Origin: an uncultured Verrucomicrobiae bacterium
GTDB taxonomy: Bacteria; Verrucomicrobiota; Verrucomicrobiia; Limisphaerales; Palsa-1400
Length of the DNA stretch: 64,000 nucleotides
Assembly (NCBI GenBank): GCA_963764165.1
Contig: CAVXRD010000002.1
Location: 576,001 to 640,000 of the forward strand
Reading direction: 5' to 3'
The position numbers and the translations under genes are program-made. The notes under the pieces are model-generated. The model did not search any database. It had not been told where the DNA came from and worked only from the letters and a program-made list of their open reading frames with translations. Of the stretch, positions 55,686 through 64,000 are shown in pieces. Positions within the stretch are counted from its first letter, which is position 1, and every line of letters begins with the position of its first letter.

Positions 55686-57002
55686 TTACTTGCCGCCTTC
55701 TTTTTGATTGTCGTCGCCGATGGAACCCATTAGGTCGATCAAAGGCAGGAACATCGCGATGACGATGCTGCCGACAATCACGGCCAGGAAAACGATCATG
55801 ATCGGCTCCAGCAACGAAGTCATGGCCGCCACGGCGTTATCCACTTCTTCTTCGTAGTTGTCCGCGATCTTCATCAACATCTCAGGCAGCGCGCCGGTTT
55901 GCTCGCCGACGTCCACCATGCTGATGACCATGGGCGGAAACACGCCCGAGGCTTCGAGGGGCGCGGTAATGGTTTCGCCTTCTTTGACGCTTTCGTGAAT
56001 CATCGCGACAGCGTTTCCAACAATGACGTTGCCGGAAGTTTCCTTCACGATGGTCAGCGCCTGCAAAATTGGCACGCCGCTGCTGACCAGAGTGCCAAGC
56101 GTTCGGGTGAACCGCGCGATGGCGACTTTGGATACCACCGGGCCGAGCACCGGCACAACCAGCTTGAATTTATCAAACACCTTTCGTCCAAATTTCGTGC
56201 GGATGAAAATATTAAAAACGATGACCACCGCGAGAACTTCAAGCATCGTTCGGACGATGTGATCCTTAATGGCTTCCGAAATATCCAGCACGAATGAAGT
56301 AAAGCCAGGGAGCGGACGTCCGTTGCCGAGCGCGCCGGCGAAGATTTCCTTGAATTTCGGAATAACCAGCACCATCAGCACGCCCATGATCGCTGTCGCA
56401 ACCACCATGACCGCGCAGGGATAAAACATGGCCGCGATGACCTTGCCCTTGATTTTCTGGGCTTTTTCCATGAATTCAGACAAACGCTTGAGCACGACTT
56501 CGAGCACACCGCCGATTTCACCGGCTTTCACCATGTTGACGAACAGGCGGTTGAATGTGCGGGGATGCTGGGCCAGCGCTTCGGAGAATGTGCTGCCGCC
56601 TTCAATCGAGACGGCGAGTTCTCCAATGATTTCCTTCAAAGTGACGTTGCGCTCCTGTTTGGCCAGCACGCGCAAACCGCGCAACAGCGGCAGGCCGGCT
56701 TGCACCAGCGTGGCCAATTGCCGCGTGAAAGTGGTCAGCGTCTTCGATTTGACGCGCCCGTGGAAGCCCGGGATCTTGATCTGAAAATTCATGCCACCGC
56801 CGCCGCCCTTTTTGCCCTTCTTGCCGGCGGCTTTCTTGGACGCCGCAGGGCCGGCCGGCCCGCCCTTGTCCTCCACGACTTTGGTCGGGAAGAAGCCCAT
56901 CTCCTTGATGCGGCCTATGGCTTCGTTTTGGTTGGCGACTTCGAGGGTGCCCTTGGTTTCCTTGCCCCGCGAGTCCATCGCGACATAGTTGTATTTTGGC
57001 AT
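55686..57002 (-). CDS. pilC: Type IV pilus/T2SS platform protein PilC (GspF family)
   Basis: FTRQLATLVQAGLPL, AGEIGGVL, FTRTLGTLVSSGVPIL, VGEQTGAL, LLEP. Confidence 0.93.
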   Translation of the reverse strand: MPKYNYVAMDSRGKETKGTLEVANQNEAIGRIKEMGFFPTKVVEDKGGPAGPAASKKAAGKKGKKGGGGGMNFQIKIPGFHGRVKSKTLTTFTRQLATLVQAGLPLLRGLRVLAKQERNVTLKEIIGELAVSIEGGSTFSEALAQHPRTFNRLFVNMVKAGEIGGVLEVVLKRLSEFMEKAQKIKGKVIAAMFYPCAVMVVATAIMGVLMVLVIPKFKEIFAGALGNGRPLPGFTSFVLDISEAIKDHIVRTMLEVLAVVIVFNIFIRTKFGRKVFDKFKLVVPVLGPVVSKVAIARFTRTLGTLVSSGVPILQALTIVKETSGNVIVGNAVAMIHESVKEGETITAPLEASGVFPPMVISMVDVGEQTGALPEMLMKIADNYEEEVDNAVAAMTSLLEPIMIVFLAVIVGSIVIAMFLPLIDLMGSIGDDNQKEGGK

Positions 57003-57007
57003 AAGAC

Positions 57008-58714
57008 TTATGTGTACTTGACTACTTCCTCAATTGTGGTGTCACCGTCGAAAATTCCCCGCAAGCCGTCTTCGCGCAGCGTGACCATGCCGAGCTCCAC
57101 GGCTTTCTGGCGCAGCACAACGGTCGGCGCGCGCTCAATGATGAGATGGCGAATCGCTTCGGATACCTCGAGCAATTCAAAAATTCCGCGGCGTCCGCGA
57201 TAGCCGGAATCGTTGCAGTTGGCGCAGCCGCGCCCGTAATAGAAGACCTTGTCGCCCACATCGTGCGGCGAAAGATTGAGCATCTGCAACTGGCTCTCGG
57301 TGGGCTCGAAGGGCGTGCGGCATTTCTTGCAAACCGTGCGCACAAGACGCTGCGCGAGCACACCCATCAGCGTGGAGGAAATCAGGAAGGGCTCAACGCC
57401 CATGTCGATCAAGCGCGTGACGGCGCCGGGCGCGTCGTTGGTGTGCAGCGTGCTCAGCACCAAGTGGCCGGTCAGCGAGGCTTGAATCGCAATCTGCGAC
57501 GTCTCCAAATCGCGCATTTCCCCCAGCATGATGATGTCCGGGTCTTGACGGAGGAAGGAGCGCAAGGCCTTGCCGAAGGTCATGCCGACCGATTCATTGA
57601 CGGCGACCTGCATGATGCCTTCAATGTCGTATTCGACGGGGTCTTCCACCGTGAGCAGCTTGGCGTCAATCGAATTGATGGAACGCAGGCAAGAATAAAG
57701 CGTCGTTGTTTTTCCGGATCCGGTGGGGCCGGTCACGACGAAAATTCCGTTTGGCTGCTGGATCGCTTCCATGACGTAATCGTTAATCGCCTTGGGCAAT
57801 CCGAGCGTCTTGATATCGAGATTGACCGCCGAGCGATCGAGCACGCGCAACACGACCGATTCACCGAATTGCGTCGGCAAAGTGGACACGCGGAGATCAA
57901 TGCCGCGCCCCGCAATCTGCATCGAAATGCGACCGTCCTGCGGCAGGCGCCGCTCGGAAATGTCCAGGTTGGCCATGACTTTCAGGCGCGAAATCACTGG
58001 AAGCGCGAGGTGCTTCGGCGGGGGCGACATTTCATACAGAGCGCCGTCCACGCGGTAGCGGATTTTGAATTCGTCTTCAAACGGCTCAAAGTGAATGTCG
58101 CTCGCTCGATCTTGCACGGCTTGGAACAACACCAGGTTCACGAAACGAATGATCGGAGTTTCGTTGGCCAGTGTCTGCAGGTCGGCAGTCGAGCCTCCAG
58201 CAGCGGCTTCGGCAGCTTCTTTCGCAATGTCGCCGTCCTGGCCTAATTCCTTAAGGATGTCGGCGACGTTCGACTGCGAATCGCCATAATATTTGCTGAC
58301 GGCTTTCTCGATGTCATTCGGATCCGCGACAACCGGGACGATTTCCTTGCGGATGACGTAGGCAAGTTCGTCAATGATGCTGGGATTCAGCGGATCGGCC
58401 AGCGCCAACTGAACCGTCGAATCGTAGACAGCAATCGGCATGCATTTGTACATGCGCGCCGCGTCAGCCGGAACGGACGAAAGAATTTCGGGAGTCAGTT
58501 CGCGGGTGTTGATGTCAACCACTTCGGTGCCCAGATGGCCCGCGATCAACTGCAACTGCGTGTCCATGTCGAGAAAGCCGAAGTCGGACAATATTTCCGA
58601 ATACGGCTTCCCGCTGCGATTATGCTCTTCTATGACTTCCTCGAGCTGGAGATCGTCAAGAAGTCCTTGCCCTCGGATGAGGTCTAAAAGCGGGCTTGGG
58701 GCTGCGGTGGCCAT
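57008..58714 (-). CDS. pilB: Pilus assembly ATPase PilB/GspE, second copy
   Basis: [33 protein letters not shown]...CANC zinc site. Confidence 0.9.
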   Translation of the reverse strand: MATAAPSPLLDLIRGQGLLDDLQLEEVIEEHNRSGKPYSEILSDFGFLDMDTQLQLIAGHLGTEVVDINTRELTPEILSSVPADAARMYKCMPIAVYDSTVQLALADPLNPSIIDELAYVIRKEIVPVVADPNDIEKAVSKYYGDSQSNVADILKELGQDGDIAKEAAEAAAGGSTADLQTLANETPIIRFVNLVLFQAVQDRASDIHFEPFEDEFKIRYRVDGALYEMSPPPKHLALPVISRLKVMANLDISERRLPQDGRISMQIAGRGIDLRVSTLPTQFGESVVLRVLDRSAVNLDIKTLGLPKAINDYVMEAIQQPNGIFVVTGPTGSGKTTTLYSCLRSINSIDAKLLTVEDPVEYDIEGIMQVAVNESVGMTFGKALRSFLRQDPDIIMLGEMRDLETSQIAIQASLTGHLVLSTLHTNDAPGAVTRLIDMGVEPFLISSTLMGVLAQRLVRTVCKKCRTPFEPTESQLQMLNLSPHDVGDKVFYYGRGCANCNDSGYRGRRGIFELLEVSEAIRHLIIERAPTVVLRQKAVELGMVTLREDGLRGIFDGDTTIEEVVKYT

Positions 58715-58717
58715 AAA

Positions 58718-59836
58718 TTATTCGCCGGGAGGCGGTTGGTTGGCAGCCGCTTCCGCCTGGGCGGCTTCGTATTCCGCCAGTTTCTGGATGACAGTGGTTG
58801 GGTCCTGCGCCTTGTTGACAACTTCTTCGCGCGCGATCAGGCCGGCGATATATTTTTCCATCAGGAATCCGTCAAGAGTCACCATCCCGTACTTGGCGCC
58901 GGTTTGAATGTCCGATTGAATACGGAACGTTTTGTTATCGCGAATGAGCGCGGCGACAGAGGGCGTGTTGATCATGATTTCGTAGACCGCGATGCGGCCT
59001 GGCTTGTCGATGCGAGGAATCAAAAGCTGCGAAATCACCGCTTGCAGCACCGTGGACAACTGAATGCGAATCGTTTCCTGCTGGTTGATGGGGAAGGCGT
59101 TGACGAGACGGTCAATGGTCTTGGCCGCGCCGGTGGTGTGAAGCGTGCCGAAGACCAAGTGGCCCGTTTCCGCCGCCGTGATGGCCGCCTCCATCGTTTC
59201 AAGGTCGCGCAACTCACCCACCAGGATGATATCCGGATCCTGCCGCAAGGCGCGGCGCAGGGCTTCCGCGAAACTTGGCACGTCAATATGAACTTCGCGC
59301 TGGGTGACGACCGCCTTCTTGTGCTTGTGGTAATATTCGATCGGATCCTCAATCGTAATGATATGCGCGTCGTCGCGCTCCTCGTTAATGATGTTGATCA
59401 TCGAGGAGAGCGTAGTCGTCTTCCCGGAACCGGTCGGGCCGGTCACCAACACCAGGCCGCGAGGCTTGTGCAGCAGCGTCATGATCGTGTGGCGCGGCAG
59501 GCCGATCTGCTCCAGTGTCAGCAGACGCGTCGGAATTTGGCGGAGGACGAGGCCGAAATTGCCCTTCTCCTTGAACACGCTCACACGGAAGCGCGCCGCT
59601 TCGCCGAACGCGAAGCCGAAATCCGCGCCGCCGTTCTCGCGGACGTTTTGAATGTGATCCTCGGAGGTAATGCTGCGCATCAGCTCCTCGGTGTCTTCCG
59701 CCTTCAAGGCCGGGCCATCCACGCGATGAAGGATGCCGTGGACCCGCATGGCTGGCGGAATGCCGACGCGAATATGAAGGTCCGACGATCCCTCGGACAC
59801 CACCAACTGCAACAAATCTGACATCGAATAGGACAT
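58718..59836 (-). CDS. pilT: Pilus retraction ATPase PilT
   Basis: [46 protein letters not shown]-like SVAALIRD. Confidence 0.92.
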   Translation of the reverse strand: MSYSMSDLLQLVVSEGSSDLHIRVGIPPAMRVHGILHRVDGPALKAEDTEELMRSITSEDHIQNVRENGGADFGFAFGEAARFRVSVFKEKGNFGLVLRQIPTRLLTLEQIGLPRHTIMTLLHKPRGLVLVTGPTGSGKTTTLSSMINIINEERDDAHIITIEDPIEYYHKHKKAVVTQREVHIDVPSFAEALRRALRQDPDIILVGELRDLETMEAAITAAETGHLVFGTLHTTGAAKTIDRLVNAFPINQQETIRIQLSTVLQAVISQLLIPRIDKPGRIAVYEIMINTPSVAALIRDNKTFRIQSDIQTGAKYGMVTLDGFLMEKYIAGLIAREEVVNKAQDPTTVIQKLAEYEAAQAEAAANQPPPGE

Positions 59837-59859
59837 ATTTGGGAAATCAGGCGGTTAAA

Positions 59860-61572
59860 TCATAACTCGGTATCTCCGGTCGTCGCGCGGACAACTTCAT
59901 CCGCGGTAGTCAGGCCGGCCACGACTTTGCGGGCGCCGTCTTCGCGCAGCGTGCGCATCCCCATCTCACGGGCGCGCGCGCGCAAGACGGACGACGGCAC
60001 GCGGTCATAAATCAATTTGCGGGCCTCGTCGTCAATGACGAAAATCTCAAAAATGCCGAATCGTCCGCGGAAGGTGGTCTTGTTGCAATCATTGCAGCCC
60101 TTGCCACGCTTGAAATCGGCGCCGCTGATCTTTGTGGGATCAAGGCTGAGCGAAGCCAGTTCGGTTTCTGTGGGCTGATAAGGCGCCGCGCACTTTTTGC
60201 AAATTTTTCGCACCAACCGTTGCGCCATGAGGGCGCGCACAGACGAGGCCACCAGGAACGGCTTCACGCCAATGTCAATCAAACGCGTGACCGCTCCGGG
60301 CGCGTCGTTGGTGTGAAGGGTGGAGAACACCAAGTGACCGGTCAGCGACGCGTTAATGGCGATGGTCGCCGTTTCAACGTCACGAATTTCTCCCAGCATG
60401 ATGATGTTGGGCGCCTGGCGGAGCATCGAGCGCAACGCGGCCGAGAATGACAAGCCGATGGTTTCGCTGACCTGCACCTGGTTGATGCCAGCCAGCAGGT
60501 ATTCCACCGGGTCTTCCACGGTAATAATTTTGCGATCTGGTCGATTGATGAAATTTAGACAAGAGTAAAGCGTAGTCGTTTTGCCGGAGCCGGTCGGGCC
60601 GGTGACGAGCAAAATTCCATCCGGCAAACCGATGAGGCGCTCGAATGTCTGCTGGTCATCGGTGAAAAAGCCCAATTCCGGCAAGCCCAATTTCAAGCCT
60701 TCCTTGTCCAAAATACGCATGACGATGCTCTCGCCATGAATTGTCGGAAGGCAGGACACGCGAAGATCGATCAGTTTTCCGCCGACTTGCGTTTGAATGC
60801 GGCCGTCCTGAGGAATCCGCTTCTCGGCAATCGACATGTTCGATTGAATTTTCAGGCGGCTCAGGATGGCGGCTTGCAAACGCTTCGGCGGGCTCTTCAT
60901 TTCGTGCAGCACGCCGTCGATGCGGTAGCGGACCCGAAACGACTTCGACATGGGCTCGAGGTGAATGTCAGAGGCGCGGGCTTTGAAAGCTTCCACGATG
61001 AGTGTGTTGACGAGCTTGATGATGGGCGCGTCGGCTTCGACGGTGGAGTTGTCGTCGGACTCAACGTTCTTCTGTGGGAGGCCTATCTCAACTTCGCCTT
61101 CCGTGATGTCCTGAATCATCTGCGAGACGGAGTCATCGCCCGCGCCGTAATACTTGGCCAGCGCGTTTTCGATGTCCTCCTCGGTCGCGACGCGCAATTC
61201 AATGTCTGCGTTCAGCAACCGAGCCAGAGTGTCCACCACGTCGAGGTCAGAAGGATCGGCCAGGGCCACGGCGATCGAGTGATCGTGCTTCCCGACGGGC
61301 ACCGTGTGATAACGCTTGGCCACCGTTCGCGGGACAGCGGAAATAATGTCGTCCGTCAGGCGGATTTCACTGAGATTGACGTATTCGTAGCCGAAGTGTG
61401 CGGCTTTGGCGGTGGCGACATCGACCGGACGGATGGTTTTGTGGGCGAGAAGGGTATCGATGACACCTTCACCGTTCAGGCTGGTTTCTTCTCTTACGGC
61501 ATTGAGTTGGTCGTTGCTGACCAACCCCATGTCCGCCAATAAATCGACTAAATAATCGTCTTTTAGGGCCAC
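59860..61572 (-). CDS. pilB: Pilus assembly ATPase PilB/GspE, first copy
   Basis: [36 protein letters not shown]...CNDC; GTG start. Confidence 0.9.
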   Translation of the reverse strand: MALKDDYLVDLLADMGLVSNDQLNAVREETSLNGEGVIDTLLAHKTIRPVDVATAKAAHFGYEYVNLSEIRLTDDIISAVPRTVAKRYHTVPVGKHDHSIAVALADPSDLDVVDTLARLLNADIELRVATEEDIENALAKYYGAGDDSVSQMIQDITEGEVEIGLPQKNVESDDNSTVEADAPIIKLVNTLIVEAFKARASDIHLEPMSKSFRVRYRIDGVLHEMKSPPKRLQAAILSRLKIQSNMSIAEKRIPQDGRIQTQVGGKLIDLRVSCLPTIHGESIVMRILDKEGLKLGLPELGFFTDDQQTFERLIGLPDGILLVTGPTGSGKTTTLYSCLNFINRPDRKIITVEDPVEYLLAGINQVQVSETIGLSFSAALRSMLRQAPNIIMLGEIRDVETATIAINASLTGHLVFSTLHTNDAPGAVTRLIDIGVKPFLVASSVRALMAQRLVRKICKKCAAPYQPTETELASLSLDPTKISGADFKRGKGCNDCNKTTFRGRFGIFEIFVIDDEARKLIYDRVPSSVLRARAREMGMRTLREDGARKVVAGLTTADEVVRATTGDTEL

Positions 61573-61980
61573 AATCTACGTCCTCTCGTTGCTTTCAGAA
61601 GCATCTAATCTACCGGCCCGCTCCGCGCAATGTCAAACGCAGACAACGAGAAAATGACCCGCAAAGAAGCAAAACAGGCTTCAACCAAGCAGGCCGCTTA
61701 TGACAGAGAGGCCGTTTGGGCAAAGATGGTTAAACGGAGTACCGGGCAGCGATCCCCACCTCACCTCGCGAGTGAACCGCTGCTCTCAATCCTTACTCCA
61801 AACAACCTCTCCGTCGTGTTCCTGTAACAAGCCATTTTCGTGCCATGAATTTCGCGTCCCGTCTGTCAAACTATTTTAAAAATGACCGGTGAACCCGATT
61901 CATTCGCGAACGAGTGAGGCGCTCAAAGGAAAACGCAAACGACGGCAGGGCGGGGCTGCCAATGGACCGTCCGGAGAAGC

Positions 61981-62191
61981 GCTCGGCGAGGGCGCCAAGC
62001 GCGACACGCGAGGCGCGTGTGCTCCCCAGGCCTCTGAATCCGGGGAGCGCACGCGCCCCCGCGTGCAGCGGGACGAGCCTCGCGTGCCGCATTCCATCTT
62101 TGGTTCATTGGCACTTCCCACCCACTTGGTTAGTTGGGGCCTCCCGCCGAGCCATTCCCCAAAAGATGGCTCGGTGGAAGCTTCGCCTACC
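61981..62191. repeat. Cluster of REP-like palindromes (families C and B)
   Basis: ACACGCGAGGCGCGTGTGCTCCCC (62004-62027) inverted to GGGGAGCGCACGCGCCCCCGCGTGC (62042-62066); family B doublet at 62128-62191. Confidence 0.7.
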
Positions 62192-62538
62192 AAAAATCGC
62201 ATTTGGTCAGGACCCGAAATGTTACATTTTGCGCTTCGATGAACTTCGGAATTTTGACCGAAATTGAAAATTTTTCGCGCAGTGTGCGTGATTCTCACGC
62301 AATCGAGAAATGGAGGCCTTATTAAAATTATCGGCCGGCCGCGCTTGGAAATCGTCTCAAAGGCAGAAAAATGGGGCGAAAACGGCGGAAAAAAGAAGCA
62401 GGGCTGCCGTGGGAGAGACGGATCGACGAACTTTTCTCAGAACGGGGTCCCCAAGCCACCTCCAGCTTTCCCCGTTCTAAAAAATTCTCCCAGACAGCCC
62501 TGCGCCTTGCAAAGATAGCCAATCCCGTGCCAACCTCT

Positions 62539-62562
62539 GGCAGAGCGAGACTCTGTCGAGCC
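62539..62562 (+). repeat. Single family B REP
   Basis: GGCAGAGCGAGACTCTGTCGAGCC, close to the copy at 47512-47534. Confidence 0.6.
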
Positions 62563-62652
62563 ATGATTGGATTTTTCGCTAATTCGAGGGGCTTCCTTTG
62601 AAGGGTAAAATCGATAACGGCCTGACCGCATCCTCCCTGCCACATGGGAAAA

Positions 62653-64000
62653 TTAAGGATGGGGGGCCATCGGAAGGGGCATCCCCGGTGGAGGAGCCGA
62701 ATTAATAGGGCCCGCATTCGCATTGCAAATCCAATCGGTAAATTTTACCAGCTCAAATGCGGTGAGGCCGATGGATGCCGACCGCGTGATCGTTAGTTCA
62801 TTAGGAGCGGTAAGTTTGATTTCAGTCACACTGCGCCCAGGAATGCCGCTGACCCGGTTCAGCCACGTTACCTCGTGCGCACTGGCCGTAGCATCCTCTT
62901 CGGTAGGGCCTTCCGCCCGGTTGGCAATCATCTTGTCGAGGATCACCCATTCCGCCAGGCGTTTGCCGGTCATCTCCCAATCGTAATAAACCAGGTTGGT
63001 GCTTCCCTCAACTTGGGCAACGAGTGCGTCTGGCACGGACGAGCTCACCGCGGGCATCGGAAAACCGGATGCGAGAAGGAACGGTTTGCCCTTGTCTTCT
63101 GTCGCGTAGAGAACCGGGGAAAAGATGCGCATCTTGGCCCATGCCAATCGTTCGCCACTCAGTTGCGTGGTTAATTCGCTGCCGTTGTATTGTTTCAGAA
63201 GTGGGTTAAGGATCGTCGGCCAATTCGTCCTAATGGACCGGATCGCATTCGTCGCGTCGGCGGCAGGCCAGGCCATGTAATCCACAAAAGGCATCTGCTC
63301 ACCGGCCCAAACATAAAACTGATTCGTCAACGGCGCATATGGCAACTGGCTGAATTCACGGCCCAGATTGAGAAACGCCTCCACATTCTGTCCGGCCACA
63401 AAGCTGACAACCTTGCCTCTTACCAGACTCGTCGGAACGTGCCAGGCAGCGGACTGCCATGCGGCTTGCTGTTGTTCCCGCACTTTGGCCGAAATTTCCA
63501 AGACGTCCTCGCCGATGGAAATATTGAGATTCGCCCGCGCCGGCTTCATTAGAGAAAACCAGCCGTCCAATCGCCCTGTGTCTGCCTCCATCTCCAGCCA
63601 GTGCTCCTTCAATTCTGGAAAAGGCCGGCCGCTTTCCTTGATTTTCGCGGCGTAGGCTGATTGTTTCTCGATCGAATCGGCGCCGAAACCGACGAGAATC
63701 CACTCGCCCGCGACCAGTGACCAAAACGAATCGCCCTTCGCCTTCCACTTTAGACCCGTGTAATCCTGAACCGAGAAAGACTCACCCGTGCCGCCAAAAA
63801 TCCTGGCGAACGCCTCCTGCCAAGCCCGTGATTTTTCAGGCGCCAGCCGAACCGCGAAGGCAAATGAGGCCGATTGAGTGGTTTCGCCGAAAACAAGTCC
63901 GGCCGATTCCGTTAGCAAAAGATCGCTGACGAGAGGCCGCAGCAGCGCGGCAGCCTCGCCGGGCTTCTCAATTGGCAAAAGCTCGCTCACATTGCCGGAA
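62653..64000 (-). CDS. Hypothetical protein (5' end outside window)
   Basis: Open frame of more than 445 codons running off the window edge; no family recognised. Confidence 0.75.
   Translation of the reverse strand, partial: SGNVSELLPIEKPGEAAALLRPLVSDLLLTESAGLVFGETTQSASFAFAVRLAPEKSRAWQEAFARIFGGTGESFSVQDYTGLKWKAKGDSFWSLVAGEWILVGFGADSIEKQSAYAAKIKESGRPFPELKEHWLEMEADTGRLDGWFSLMKPARANLNISIGEDVLEISAKVREQQQAAWQSAAWHVPTSLVRGKVVSFVAGQNVEAFLNLGREFSQLPYAPLTNQFYVWAGEQMPFVDYMAWPAADATNAIRSIRTNWPTILNPLLKQYNGSELTTQLSGERLAWAKMRIFSPVLYATEDKGKPFLLASGFPMPAVSSSVPDALVAQVEGSTNLVYYDWEMTGKRLAEWVILDKMIANRAEGPTEEDATASAHEVTWLNRVSGIPGRSVTEIKLTAPNELTITRSASIGLTAFELVKFTDWICNANAGPINSAPPPGMPLPMAPHP

Noticed and set aside
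57146..61542. Long plus-strand ORFs over pilB and pilT
   Set aside because: Antisense shadows with no independent coding signal
61630..62640. Short ORFs upstream of the pil operon
   Set aside because: Largely translations of REP palindromes; no convincing coding features

Overview
GC-rich bacterial chromosomal window, most consistent with a Verrucomicrobiota (Pedosphaera-like) genome. That taxonomy is an inference from gene content and repeat types, not from a database search. Housekeeping blocks: pstA-phoU, a CpxRA-like two-component pair, hrpA, a heterodimeric ABC exporter, glgE-treS/mak, an amino-acid ABC importer and a pilB-pilT-pilB-pilC operon. Between them lie large secreted beta-propeller/lectin proteins, decayed gene remnants and several REP-like palindrome families. 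Main signals: (1) five secreted proteins with four different passenger architectures share a ~65-aa C-terminal domain ending in [FY]Y[RN], a candidate lineage-specific sorting signal; (2) an ECF sigma/ZAS anti-sigma locus has three copies of a TGTAAGG-N14/15-GCGAC promoter-like motif in front of msrBA, the anti-sigma, and a lipid-anchored bufferin-like Cys-rich peptide plus DoxX, but no DUF692/DUF2063 maturases; (3) an intact but catalytically gutted mini-GlgB is translationally coupled to TreS; (4) a 1.6-kb gene-free stretch carries iteron-like repeats. No CRISPR array, tRNA, rRNA or intact transposase was seen. All product calls come from motif recognition by eye.
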